A DNA stretch of 64,000 bases from a virus. Taxonomy: Duplodnaviria > Caudoviricetes. The stretch's first letter is position 1, and each line of letters starts with the position of its first letter. The notes under the pieces are model-generated. The model was given only the letters and a program-made list of their open reading frames with translations, was not told where the DNA came from and ran no database searches. This document shows, one piece after another, positions 54,800-64,000 of this stretch. The stretch is from the IMG/VR virus record IMGVR_UViG_3300031867_000021, positions 43,603-107,602 of that record, one strand, 5' to 3'. Position numbers and translations under genes: made by a program.

Positions 54800-57592
54800 A
54801 TGGATAACGTACAGCAAAGGCAAGCCGCAAAGCAGTTCGTTCAAGACTGGACAGGTCACGGAGATGAGAAGCAGGACGCTCAGAATTTCTGGCGCCAGCT
54901 TCTGCAGCAGGTTTTTGGAGTATCCGAACCTGAAAAGGCCATATCATTTGAATACAAGGTCAAAAATGATCAAACGAACACCACAATCTTTATTGATGGC
55001 TACATCCACGACACGCAGGTTCTGATTGAGCAGAAGAGCGCAGACATCGATCTTTCCAAGGGATACCGGCAAAGTGACGGCAGTATGCTGACCCCTTTTC
55101 AGCAGGCCAGAAGATACGCCGGTCTCCTGCCCCATAACATGAACCCACGGTGGATTGTTGTTTCGAACTTTCAGGAATTCCGCATTCACAACATGAACCA
55201 GCCAAACAGCGAGCCAGAAATCGTGAAGCTTGCTGATCTGGAAAAAGAATTCCATCGGCTCGGTTTTCTTATCGACACCGGCAATGAGAATCTGAAACGG
55301 GAAATGGAATTGTCCCTGAAGGCCGGAGAGCTCGTCGGAAAGATCCACGACCGCTTTCTCGAACAATACAACGACCCCATGGCGAAGCACACTCAGCGGT
55401 CGCTGAATATCCTCTGCGTCCGTCTGGTTTTCTGCCTTTACGCTGAAGACGCCGGTCTGTTTGGTGCTTCTGACGCTTTCAGCAGCTATATCGCGCAATA
55501 TGAACCGAAGGACATTCGCCGGGCACTGATTGACCTTTTTAAGGTTCTGGATACCCCCCTTGATCAACGGGAGGATCTTTATCTCTCAGATGATCTGGCA
55601 GCGTTCCCTTATGTGAACGGTGGTCTGTTTAAGGATGAGAATATCGTAATTCCACGAATCACAGACGATATTAAGGAAACCCTGATTCAGTCTTCTGAAT
55701 TCAATTGGAGCGAAATCAGCCCCACCATTTTCGGCGCGGTTTTCGAATCCACCCTAAACCCGGAAACCCGCCGTGCCGGAGGAATGCATTACACTTCCAT
55801 AGAGAACATTCACAAAGTTATTGATCCCCTCTTCCTGGACGATCTGAAGCAGGAGTTTGCTGAGCTGAAAAAGAACGTTTCAAAAATCCAGACAGAACGG
55901 GAACGGAAGAAGCACCTGGATCCATTCCACGACAAGCTCGCTTCTCTCGTTTTTCTCGACCCGGCTGCCGGCTCAGGGAATTTCCTGACAGAAACCTACC
56001 TCTGCCTGCGCCGCCTGGAAAACGAACTGATTGCACTTCAGACCGGTGGACAGATTTCCTTCGGCGAAGCCCTCAACCCCATAAAGGTATCCATCTCGCA
56101 GTTTTACGGCATCGAAATCAATGACTTTGCCGTGACAGTTGCCAAAACCGCCCTCTGGATCGCAGAAAGCCAGATGCTCAAGGAAACAGAGGATATCGTT
56201 CACATGGCTCTGAACTTCCTTCCGCTGAAGACAAATGCAACTATTATTGAAGGAAACGCCTTACAGATTGATTGGAACAAAGTAGTTCCGAAATCCGAAC
56301 TATCCTACATTATGGGCAATCCGCCATTTGTGGGCTATGACTTTATGCAGCCATCACAAAAAGAAGATATGCAATCATTTTTTGGCCCTAAAACAGGCAG
56401 GTTGGACTATGTAACAGCTTGGTACATAAAGGCAGGTGCGTACATACAAGGAACTTCCGTTCATTGTGCGTTCGTATCAACTAATTCAGTAACGCAAGGG
56501 GTACAGGTTCCTGATTTATGGATACCGATGACAAAGAAATACAATATCACGATAGATTTCGCATATAGAACTTTTATATGGGACAGCGAAGCGTCATTAA
56601 AGGCCCATGTTCACTGCGTCATAATAGGATTCAGTGCAGTAAGAAGTAATATTCATGTCCTGTATAACGAAGCCGGACAAGCATATCATGTTTCAAATAT
56701 AAGTCCATACTTAATAGAATCTGAAAATATAATTGTTGAAAAGAGAAGCAATGCAATATGCGATGTGCCGAACCTGATATTGGGCAACATGCCCAAAGAC
56801 GGTGGTGGATTCATTTTGACGCCAGAGGAAAAAGAACGATTTATAAGTCAAAATCCTCTGTCGGAACAATGGATAAAATTGTACATTGGAGCAGATGAAT
56901 TCATAAACAACAAAAAGCGTTATTGCCTATGGCTCGTGAATGCTGCACCGTCAGATTTGAGAAAATGCCCTTTGGTTATGGAGCGTGTGCAAAAAGTACA
57001 GGAATTCAGATTCGCGAGCAAGGCAGAATCGACTCGCAAGTTCGGGCAAACGCCTACTCTCTTCTGCCAAATCGCACAACCAGATTCTGATTTTATCATT
57101 GTGCCAAAAACAACTTCGGGACGTCGCCGCTATGTTCCGCTGGGATTTGCATCAAGAGATACTATTGTGAGCGACCTTGTTTTTATTGTGCCTAATGCTG
57201 ATTTGTTTGAATTTGGCGTATTGTCTTCTAATGTTCACAATGCATGGTTGCGCATAATTGGAGGCAGATTGAAAAGCGATTATCGATATTCGCGAGACAT
57301 TGTTTATAATACTTTTCCGTGGCCAATACCCAATGACACGCAAAAGCAGAAGATCCAACAAACGGCACGGGCCATCCTGGACGCCCGCGCACTCTATCCT
57401 GACTGCAGCCTTGCAGACCTCTACGATGAGCGAACAATGCCGCCAGAACTCCGTACAGCCCATCAGAAGAACGACAAAGCCGTCATGGAAGCATATGGCT
57501 TCTGGGGAAGGCTGAACTCGGAACCGGAATGCGTAGCAGAGCTGATGAAGATGTACCAAGCGCTGACCGAAAAAGAAAAGGGGCAAGCCTGA
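54800..57592 (+). CDS. MmeI-like Type IIG/IIL restriction-modification fusion
   Basis: IDGY..LIEQK nuclease; DPAAGSGNFL and GNPPF MTase motifs; FVSTNS, GGRLKSDYRYS..YNTFPWP TRD. Confidence 0.9.
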   Translation: MDNVQQRQAAKQFVQDWTGHGDEKQDAQNFWRQLLQQVFGVSEPEKAISFEYKVKNDQTNTTIFIDGYIHDTQVLIEQKSADIDLSKGYRQSDGSMLTPFQQARRYAGLLPHNMNPRWIVVSNFQEFRIHNMNQPNSEPEIVKLADLEKEFHRLGFLIDTGNENLKREMELSLKAGELVGKIHDRFLEQYNDPMAKHTQRSLNILCVRLVFCLYAEDAGLFGASDAFSSYIAQYEPKDIRRALIDLFKVLDTPLDQREDLYLSDDLAAFPYVNGGLFKDENIVIPRITDDIKETLIQSSEFNWSEISPTIFGAVFESTLNPETRRAGGMHYTSIENIHKVIDPLFLDDLKQEFAELKKNVSKIQTERERKKHLDPFHDKLASLVFLDPAAGSGNFLTETYLCLRRLENELIALQTGGQISFGEALNPIKVSISQFYGIEINDFAVTVAKTALWIAESQMLKETEDIVHMALNFLPLKTNATIIEGNALQIDWNKVVPKSELSYIMGNPPFVGYDFMQPSQKEDMQSFFGPKTGRLDYVTAWYIKAGAYIQGTSVHCAFVSTNSVTQGVQVPDLWIPMTKKYNITIDFAYRTFIWDSEASLKAHVHCVIIGFSAVRSNIHVLYNEAGQAYHVSNISPYLIESENIIVEKRSNAICDVPNLILGNMPKDGGGFILTPEEKERFISQNPLSEQWIKLYIGADEFINNKKRYCLWLVNAAPSDLRKCPLVMERVQKVQEFRFASKAESTRKFGQTPTLFCQIAQPDSDFIIVPKTTSGRRRYVPLGFASRDTIVSDLVFIVPNADLFEFGVLSSNVHNAWLRIIGGRLKSDYRYSRDIVYNTFPWPIPNDTQKQKIQQTARAILDARALYPDCSLADLYDERTMPPELRTAHQKNDKAVMEAYGFWGRLNSEPECVAELMKMYQALTEKEKGQA

Positions 57593-57610
57593 ACGGCCTG
57601 CCCCTTTTCC
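57577..57610. terminator. Terminator after the MmeI-like gene
   Basis: aaaaggggca...tgcccctttt. Confidence 0.7.
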
Positions 57611-57619
57611 CTACTCTTC

Positions 57620-57872
57620 CTGCATATCATTTTGCATATTTAGAATGATTTTTTCGCACTTTTTTGAGCCTTTTTTACCCTGAATTCCAGCCTGTTTTCG
57701 GCAAAAGAAAATCCCGGAAGCCTTTATCTCAAGGCCTCCGGGAAAGTGGCTCAGATAGGACTTGAACCTATGACACTCCGGGTATGAACCGCCTTGCCCG
57801 AAGCCTCTAACTCCTTGGCTTGCAATGGTTTCAGGCGGCAACCACGAAAGCTGCATATCGTTTTGCACATTT
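57620..57872 (-). other. attP-like site: core = 3' 45 nt of a tRNA(CAU) (57747-57791) flanked by arm-type repeats
   Basis: CGGTTCATACCCGGAGTGTCATAGGTTCAAGTCCTATCTGAGCCA without a 5' half; 20/22 direct repeats at 57620-57641 and 57851-57872. Confidence 0.8.
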
Positions 57873-57976
57873 TCGACCGTTTTTTCGGCTTTTGTGCCCC
57901 CTTCAACGGGGCAATTATAACATCTTATCCGATTTCTTGCAACGAACCTTCTGAGCACCTGCCCTCTTCTTACTCT

Positions 57977-58213
57977 TCATCGGCTACCCACCATCTTCTT
58001 ATATCTCTTAATTTTTGCATCCTGATACAAAAGCATGCGCGCTGCATCATACAAGAGTAAATTTGAAACACACCAATTTCCGTATTGCGGATCATTGTTG
58101 TTGTAAGGGCAAGTAGTTTTCTGACATCTTTCTGCAGAATCTGGAAACTTCATTCTGTAGCACTCAAGACATTCGGCAATCTTTTTAGGGCTTCTGACCT
58201 TCTTCATATTCAT
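57977..58213 (-). CDS. Cys-rich hypothetical phage protein
   Basis: CLEC..CQKTTCPY. Confidence 0.5.
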   Translation of the reverse strand: MNMKKVRSPKKIAECLECYRMKFPDSAERCQKTTCPYNNNDPQYGNWCVSNLLLYDAARMLLYQDAKIKRYKKMVGSR

Positions 58214-58270
58214 TCACACCAATCAGTCCTTGCTTTGTGAACACAATCCATCAGATCATAATCAGCAATA

Positions 58271-58525
58271 TTAAGCATGATCCATCATCTCCTGCTTACC
58301 ATCACTGTCAATATCAAGCAGCATGTCCTGCATAATGGCCATGATGCAGGGAACGATCTTTCTTACATCCATTCCGTAATCAGCAAGAATACGGGCAAGA
58401 CGCTCCATTCTGCCGGACTGGTCTGCTTTACACAACATTATCAACGTCATCTCACGTGACCATTCCGGCGTTTCTTTCACTGTTTGCATTGACTGATAAG
58501 CCATCGTCTTTTCCAGTTCAGTCAT
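58271..58525 (-). CDS. Hypothetical protein
   Basis: AGGAG RBS plus ORF. Confidence 0.5.
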   Translation of the reverse strand: MTELEKTMAYQSMQTVKETPEWSREMTLIMLCKADQSGRMERLARILADYGMDVRKIVPCIMAIMQDMLLDIDSDGKQEMMDHA

Positions 58526-58550
58526 AATTTTATCTCCTTATACAGCAATT

Positions 58551-58763
58551 TTATATCTGGATTTCATTAAGAATTTCAGGTGTGCTTTTGTCTATCAGGA
58601 TACTGAGTATTCGCAGATATTCTCCTGCGTCGGCCATCTTAATTCTGTCTTCTTCTGGTAAGGTTTCAGCATATTCATTAACCCAATTTGACAATTCAGT
58701 AATGTCTCCCGTTAATTCTTTTAATCTCATCTTATCTCCTTTCGGCTCTTCGCAATACAGCAA
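58551..58763 (-). CDS. Hypothetical protein
   Basis: AGGAG RBS before MRLKEL. Confidence 0.5.
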   Translation of the reverse strand: MLYCEEPKGDKMRLKELTGDITELSNWVNEYAETLPEEDRIKMADAGEYLRILSILIDKSTPEILNEIQI

Positions 58764-58951
58764 TTTATTCTATAACTTCTGTTTCGATGCTGATTACCTC
58801 ATACCAATTAGACGCACAGCTAATCTCCTGTTCTAAATCGTGTTTGATAAACTTATCGTCCATGTTAAATTCGTCGTCCGACTCAACGTCAAGAACAACT
58901 GTTACTCGCTTTTTCATTTTTCACTCCTCCTCGATTCGCAAAACAGCAAAT

Positions 58952-59179
58952 TTAACGCATATCCACATGTACTTTGTCACCTTCGTGAACCATATCCGGT
59001 ATCGGCGTACCAAACAGGAAATATTCCATATACGCACAGAACAATTCAGCCTTTTCAAAACTGCCGAAGCTCGCCATCTTGAACGCTTCATTCCCTTTGT
59101 GAACCCACAACCCCGGATTCTTGCCGAACTCTTTTATATGCTCCACGGAAATCTTGTAATCACCCTTGCCGTATGTCAT
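58952..59179 (-). CDS. Hypothetical protein
   Basis: GAGGT RBS next to the IS end. Confidence 0.5.
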   Translation of the reverse strand: MTYGKGDYKISVEHIKEFGKNPGLWVHKGNEAFKMASFGSFEKAELFCAYMEYFLFGTPIPDMVHEGDKVHVDMR

Positions 59180-59208
59180 ACTGCATACCTCACTGTTATG
59201 AAGTGACC

Positions 59209-59785
59209 TTTGTCAAGGGGGCCTGAGAAATTTTCTCAGAAACTTGACGGGCCAAGCAATTTCAATCCCGACAGCACTTGGAAAGAGCTCTGATTTAACA
59301 GTCTCCGGCATTGGCCACTCTGTTATTCGTGGGTTGGTTACCAACAGGCTAATGGTCCGCCGAGAGCCCTGCGATCTAATCGCGTGGATCATGGTTGCCC
59401 ATGCCAACATAGTGAGAACGCAGTTGGCTCGAACCTTACAGTGATCACAGCTCCTTCCAGATGCTGTCTGGAATGAATTCGGTAATAAGTAAGTGACTGG
59501 CTGGGGACACAACTCCAATCCTGTTCGTCCCGGAGCCGTAAAACGTTGGATTGCGCTCAAGCCTGCCGTTCGGACAAGGGGTGGAGATTTTTTCCGCTAT
59601 ACGGATGCGGGAAAAATACTACCGCTTGTCCGATTGCCTGGACGGGTTATGTTCGGCCGGCTACAATCAATCAGGCGATGGGCGGGGAAGTTGTCTTCTT
59701 CTCCTCCAATCCCATCCCGCCCGTCGCCGTGGCTGCGGACTTGCTGGCCGAACATGTTCTGTCCAGGTCGGCAGGGTCGAAGGAC
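59209..59785 (-). ncRNA. Candidate seek/bridge RNA region
   Basis: Long non-coding 3' end with hairpins and short matches to target and donor junctions. Confidence 0.55.
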
Positions 59786-60922
59786 TCAAGCTGCATGACC
59801 GTGGATATCATCTACCATCATCCCCCATACAAAGCAGGCGAGCTCTCTGGCAACTGCAGCTACAGCTACATTTCGCTTTTTACCACGGTGAATCAGCTTA
59901 TAGTATTTTCTGCGAAGCCGAACATTTGCCTTGTCGGCATAGGCTATGACTTCAGCAGTGTTTCCTGACTGTCGAGCCTTCAGTGCTTTCGATTTCTGTC
60001 CGATCACCCCTTTGCAGATACCGCCGCTGGCTTCGATCAGCAACCGTCTCAGATGAGAGTTTCCTGCCTTGGTGATTCCCAGCCTGTTGGTATCATCACT
60101 GCTGGAATGTTCTCCAGGAGCCAGACCAAGATAAGCCGCGTAAACATTTCCTTTACTGAACCGCGCAAAGTCTCCGGTTTCCACGATCAACGAAAGTGCC
60201 GTATGTGTCTTGATCCCGAGTAAGCATTCCAGCTTCTTCACCTTTTCCTGATACTGAGTCTGATCAGCAAGTTCCTGAATCCGCTTGTCGAACCTCTCAA
60301 TCTTAGCTGTCAGCTCATCGTAGGTCGCCAGGTATTCATTCAGGGTTTCCCGGACCAATTCCGGGAGTTCCAGCTTGCGCATCCACTTCAGATGGGCCTG
60401 CGTCCAGTTGTTTCCTTCATAGATGCATCCGTGGCGGATACACAGCGCATTCATCTGCTGCTTCTTCTGCTTCAGCGTAATCTTGTGATCATCACGCATC
60501 CGAATGTATTCCTTTACCGCATTGTCATCCGCTGTTGGAACATGCACGGCATGATATCCGCCATAACACAGGCATTTTGCGATCAAGTGCGCGTCACGCT
60601 TGTCTGTTTTGATCCGCTTTCCTTTTTCGGATATTATGGTTGTCGGAGCCAGGATGACGCATTTGATTCCGGCATCCGTCAGCTGATGATACAGGCTGTA
60701 TCCGAGACATCCTGCTTCGTAGCCGCAGAGGATATCACAGTCTTTATCGGAAACTCCCAACCTCTCTTTTAGGCGTTTGATGAACTGAATGACCAACCTG
60801 TAGTCCGGTTCAATTTGAATCTGGGCTAGAACATTCTCTTCTGCCCCGAGAATCGGTTCGACTGCACACAAAGTGTAATTTGTGGTATGGACATCCATCC
60901 CGATTTTGAGTATCCTATACAT
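59786..60922 (-). CDS. IS110 family DEDD recombinase/transposase
   Basis: GMDVH, YEAG, KTDKRDA, GLAPGEHSS, GITKAGN, VAVAAVAREL; GGAGG RBS before ATG 60922. Confidence 0.95.
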   Translation of the reverse strand: MYRILKIGMDVHTTNYTLCAVEPILGAEENVLAQIQIEPDYRLVIQFIKRLKERLGVSDKDCDILCGYEAGCLGYSLYHQLTDAGIKCVILAPTTIISEKGKRIKTDKRDAHLIAKCLCYGGYHAVHVPTADDNAVKEYIRMRDDHKITLKQKKQQMNALCIRHGCIYEGNNWTQAHLKWMRKLELPELVRETLNEYLATYDELTAKIERFDKRIQELADQTQYQEKVKKLECLLGIKTHTALSLIVETGDFARFSKGNVYAAYLGLAPGEHSSSDDTNRLGITKAGNSHLRRLLIEASGGICKGVIGQKSKALKARQSGNTAEVIAYADKANVRLRRKYYKLIHRGKKRNVAVAAVARELACFVWGMMVDDIHGHAA

Positions 60923-61231
60923 GAAGTGACCTCCTTTGCATGCGGTAAGCCCCGCAACTGGCGTGATTTTGCATCTGACAGTATACGGGTAAATCCACGT
61001 TGCTGCAAATGCTGGGGTCACTTCATATTATCTAAAATGTTGCCTTTAAGTTATTACCGTTCCCATCCGTTGCGGATAATCGCAACAGGCACTTCTGCCA
61101 AATAGTCCGCAAAATCAGACGGACTTTCTCCCCGTTTTTCTTCTGTCCTGCCGTCATCATAAACAACAATCCATTTATAAACCGTTGCACTCATTCCAAC
61201 TTCACCTTCTTTTACTGTTATTGTGTTAATG

Positions 61232-61441
61232 TCACTCCTGCCGCTCCTCCCATTTTCGCCACGGGAACATCAGCCAGAACCCCTTCCTGACCAGTTCCCA
61301 TCCGATCCATTGCCGAAGCCAGCGAATCCGTACACTGACCTTGCTTTCAGCCTTTTCATCTGCCGTAATTTCCAATGTCCCAAGCTCAACGGTCTTCCCG
61401 TTGCTCCACTTCAGGATTACCTTGGCATTGTTGATTCGCAT
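61232..61441 (-). CDS. Hypothetical protein
   Basis: Coupled ORF in the small-gene array. Confidence 0.45.
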   Translation of the reverse strand: MRINNAKVILKWSNGKTVELGTLEITADEKAESKVSVRIRWLRQWIGWELVRKGFWLMFPWRKWEERQE

Positions 61442-61712
61442 TCCATTTCACCGCCTGTCCGCATCGTCTGCAAAACCTGTCTCCATAGTCTATCGGCATT
61501 TTGCATTTGCCACACTGATACCACCAACTACCATGTCCGTCATGCTCTTCTATGCCACTAACAGTCGGCTCAACCGCTTCCTGCTCTTTCAGCAAGGCAA
61601 GGACGGCTTTTGCCGTCTCTTGTACCTCGCTGTCGCTGTACCACTGCTGCCAGTCATCCTGCGTCAGCCCTTCCAAGCAGCCCATTACTGTCAATCTATC
61701 CATCATTCCCAC
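61386..61712 (-). CDS. Zn-ribbon small protein (LKEQ family)
   Basis: LLKEQEAVEP..CGKC..FCRRCGQAVKW. Confidence 0.6.
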   Translation of the reverse strand: MGMMDRLTVMGCLEGLTQDDWQQWYSDSEVQETAKAVLALLKEQEAVEPTVSGIEEHDGHGSWWYQCGKCKMPIDYGDRFCRRCGQAVKWNANQQCQGNPEVEQREDR

Positions 61713-61999
61713 TTCACCTCATGACCGCAATAACCGCAGTAATTGATTTCCTTGTCTGCCCTCTTTCTCGGCAATCTTTGACCACATTTTCCGCAATACA
61801 CTTTTCCTTGGCTCCATGTTGGCTTCACGGGTTCCTGCTCTTTCAGCAGTATTTCTACTTCTGTCTTTATCTGGTCTATGTAATCGCATAAACTGGAATA
61901 CACATCCCAGTTGCCTGGGCTAACTACAGGATGAACGGTCACATCTGCGAACAAGCGCAAATCATCCAGATGAGTTATAACCACTTCTCTATCAGTCAT
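61703..61999 (-). CDS. Zn-ribbon small protein (LKEQ family)
   Basis: LLKEQEPVKP..CGKC..YCGYCGHEVKW. Confidence 0.6.
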   Translation of the reverse strand: MTDREVVITHLDDLRLFADVTVHPVVSPGNWDVYSSLCDYIDQIKTEVEILLKEQEPVKPTWSQGKVYCGKCGQRLPRKRADKEINYCGYCGHEVKWE

Positions 62000-62255
62000 C
62001 CCACTTTACCGCCTTCCCACAATATGGGCAGAACCGTGTGCCAAGGTGCAATCTCTGCGCTCCCATTTCGATGCTTCTGTCCGTAGAGCACCACGGACAA
62101 TAAGCATTTCCATACATGTCCGTTTTAACTTGCATCGGTTTCTGCTCTTTCAGCATGGAAAGCACATACTCTGCGTCTTCCTTTGAAAGACGAACATCCT
62201 TAAATTCTCCAGCCTCGTTTATGGCTGTTTCCAAAGTTAATTCTAAAAGAGTCAC
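61992..62255 (-). CDS. Zn-ribbon small protein (LKEQ family)
   Basis: MLKEQKP..CPWC..FCPYCGKAVKW. Confidence 0.6.
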   Translation of the reverse strand: MTLLELTLETAINEAGEFKDVRLSKEDAEYVLSMLKEQKPMQVKTDMYGNAYCPWCSTDRSIEMGAQRLHLGTRFCPYCGKAVKWDD

Positions 62256-62261
62256 CCTACT

Positions 62262-62624
62262 TCACCGCCTGTCCAGCTTCGGCAATTCTGGCCTATACAT
62301 CCATGCCGTTATTTCTCTTATGTCTCGTCCGCTGTCGAGCATGATTCCATCGTCAACACCGTCCACATAATCGTCAATCCAGATATCTTTCCCGTCTGTC
62401 ATGAGATACTGCCCATCATCTCCCGGTAAGCCGTGAATAATACCGTCATCGTCCTCTGTGAGCAGATTCCACTCCTGCTCTTTCAGCAGTTCCAGCGCAT
62501 CATCTATATATTTTATGCCGCTCTTACATCCAAGATTCCCGACAACGCCATCAGCTCGATTGCTTCCCATCTCAAAAAACAACCTTGCGGCTTTCAGTTC
62601 CATGATAACCTTCTCTCTGTCCAT
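62262..62624 (-). CDS. DUF551-like small protein (LKEQ family)
   Basis: LLKEQEW..LPGDDGQYL..ITAWMYRPE. Confidence 0.55.
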   Translation of the reverse strand: MDREKVIMELKAARLFFEMGSNRADGVVGNLGCKSGIKYIDDALELLKEQEWNLLTEDDDGIIHGLPGDDGQYLMTDGKDIWIDDYVDGVDDGIMLDSGRDIREITAWMYRPELPKLDRR

Positions 62625-62947
62625 TCACTTCATCGACCTTCCGTTATATCTTTTGATACACATTCCCATCCAATGAGTTCTACCTCGCTAATCGGTTCAA
62701 AATCGAATAATTCTTCCATTCTTTTTTCTGCTTCTTCTTCTGTTTCGCCCTCAACCCATAAATCAATATTGAATTTGAAATGTGCCATTCACTTCACCGA
62801 CCTTCCTTCATTCTTTGTCCACAAGAACACAAAGAAATTCTTTTGTGTTATCAAAGCCTACCGCTATATAACCAGTTCCTTCCAACGCATCGTTGATCTT
62901 GTTGAGGATTTCAGCTATGTCTTCTTGCCTTATGTCACTCATTGCTC

Positions 62948-63289
62948 TCACCGACCTTCCGACATATCTGCGCCACAGTTTGGACAGAACGAATAGCAAG
63001 CTGTTTGTCCATCCTGTGAAACACCGCATTGGCTGCATTTCATCCAACTGTGTCCATTTGTGTTTCCGAAAATCCAATGCCCTTTTTCGCGCTGATGTTC
63101 AAGAAAACGAATTTGTGCTTCATGCTCTTTCATCGTTCTCACTGCGTTGTAAAACCCGCGATCATAAGCGTTATGTACAGCCTCACAGATTTCATCACTT
63201 ACAGCATCCATGCAGAAACCGCCGACCGGAGAGCAGTTCCCAAGATTCCCACGCATTGGGCAATCTTTTCTCATATCTGGATCATACAT
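62948..63289 (-). CDS. Zn-ribbon hypothetical protein
   Basis: KGHWI..KCSQCG..FCPNCGADM. Confidence 0.6.
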   Translation of the reverse strand: MYDPDMRKDCPMRGNLGNCSPVGGFCMDAVSDEICEAVHNAYDRGFYNAVRTMKEHEAQIRFLEHQREKGHWIFGNTNGHSWMKCSQCGVSQDGQTACYSFCPNCGADMSEGR

Positions 63290-63431
63290 CCCATTTCACC
63301 GTCTTTTACCAACATTTACAGAAACTGCAGACATCTGACATGTTCTCTGTCTTTCGCCCATTAATCGCTTTTTTGACGTTTTATCCTCTGATTTTGCATT
63401 TTTTCTGCAAAAAGCGGGGTTAAACCGTGTT

Positions 63432-63740
63432 CTAAACAGCCTTTTCTGTTTTGCTGGCCTGATTTGTCATTCCCGGACCTTCCTTTTCCACGATCGCGGT
63501 TGCATACTCGTCATTCACGAGCTTCTCCAACGTGTACAGAGCTTTCATATCCTGATACATCATGTTCCATGTGTCATGCACCTGACCAAGCCCAACCATT
63601 TCAGGGTATTTTTCCGCGCTGAATGCCTTTTCCCATTTTGACCAAACCGCACCAGCTAAATGCTGAAGCGCAATTCCGCATTCCATTTCCTGTTCCTGAC
63701 TCCACGCCATGCCCCAATTTTCATCAGCCTTTTTGCTCAT
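63432..63740 (-). CDS. Hypothetical protein
   Basis: GAGG RBS plus ORF. Confidence 0.5.
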   Translation of the reverse strand: MSKKADENWGMAWSQEQEMECGIALQHLAGAVWSKWEKAFSAEKYPEMVGLGQVHDTWNMMYQDMKALYTLEKLVNDEYATAIVEKEGPGMTNQASKTEKAV

Positions 63741-63743
63741 CCG

Positions 63744-63998
63744 TCAATCCTCCTCTGGATAGATCGTTATATCCAAATGTCTGCCAAGAAAACGGAGCCC
63801 ATAATCCGTCAAGCTATACCACGCTTGCTTTCCTTCCTCTTCCGGCTCGTGTTTCCTGATGATTCCGAGTGCCCCGCTGAAGTAGTCCAGATATTTGTTG
63901 TTTCCTGCCCAATAGTTCCGATACGGCTTATAAAAAATCTTTCCGTGCCGCTTATAGGCATGGCGCACGCCTTCCGGCCACATTCCGATCATGTGCAT
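63744..63998 (-). CDS. Hypothetical phage protein (5' truncated)
   Basis: YKRHGKIFYKPYRNYW; runs to the window edge. Confidence 0.5.
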   Translation of the reverse strand: MHMIGMWPEGVRHAYKRHGKIFYKPYRNYWAGNNKYLDYFSGALGIIRKHEPEEEGKQAWYSLTDYGLRFLGRHLDITIYPEED

Positions 63999-64000
63999 CA

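Larger units (their letters stand above)
59193..61033 (-). mobile_element. IS110 family element, IS1111 group
   Basis: Subterminal IRs ATGAAGTGACC (59198-59208 and 61016-61026), CT core at both ends, ~575-bp downstream non-coding region. Confidence 0.88.

Noticed and set aside
57747-57830. Complete tRNA-Met gene
   Set aside because: No 5' acceptor strand (GGCTCAG) or D arm upstream; only the 3' half is present, so it is treated as an att core.
57611-57958. 115-aa ORF across the att region
   Set aside because: Its MQNDMQ repeats are translations of the arm-type DNA repeats; not a credible protein.

Overview
The window is part of a temperate contractile-tailed (myovirus-type) phage. The host is probably Bacillota/Clostridia, inferred from GGAGG RBSs, sigmaA-type promoters and gene content. 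Almost all genes are on the minus strand. The modules are: baseplate/tail (1-15.4 kb); head (DUF2184 capsid, DUF2213 protease-scaffold; 15.4-19.2 kb); a ~15-kb expanded portal-MuF interval (19.2-34.3 kb); terminase plus a ParB/methyltransferase cluster (34.3-39.1 kb); replication/recombination (39.5-52.3 kb); cI/cro switch, integrase and an MmeI-like R-M gene (52.3-57.6 kb); an attP-like site with the 3' half of a tRNA(CAU) (57.75 kb); and a block of small accessory genes interrupted by an IS110/IS1111 element. The most notable feature is the portal-MuF interval. Five toxin/effector-like polypeptides (four free-standing, one fused to the portal C-terminus) share a helical leader ending in D-A/S followed by WRT(S/T)EEGxH(F/I)(K/R)LE..TGEIKAGFGGxxNG; the fifth copy is divergent. 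Each carries a different catalytic tail: Apk2-like alarmone synthetase, papain-fold deamidase, JAB plus DUF3626-like, ParB plus CdiA-like tRNase, or GNAT-like. Four are followed by small candidate immunity genes and one by a structured antisense RNA, while MuF itself carries no toxin. This suggests a tag-directed, virion-packaged polymorphic effector array. Also present are a tRNA-like RNA with a large insert replacing the anticodon arm and an unannotated type I toxin-antitoxin pair. All family calls come from motif recognition by eye; no database searches were run.
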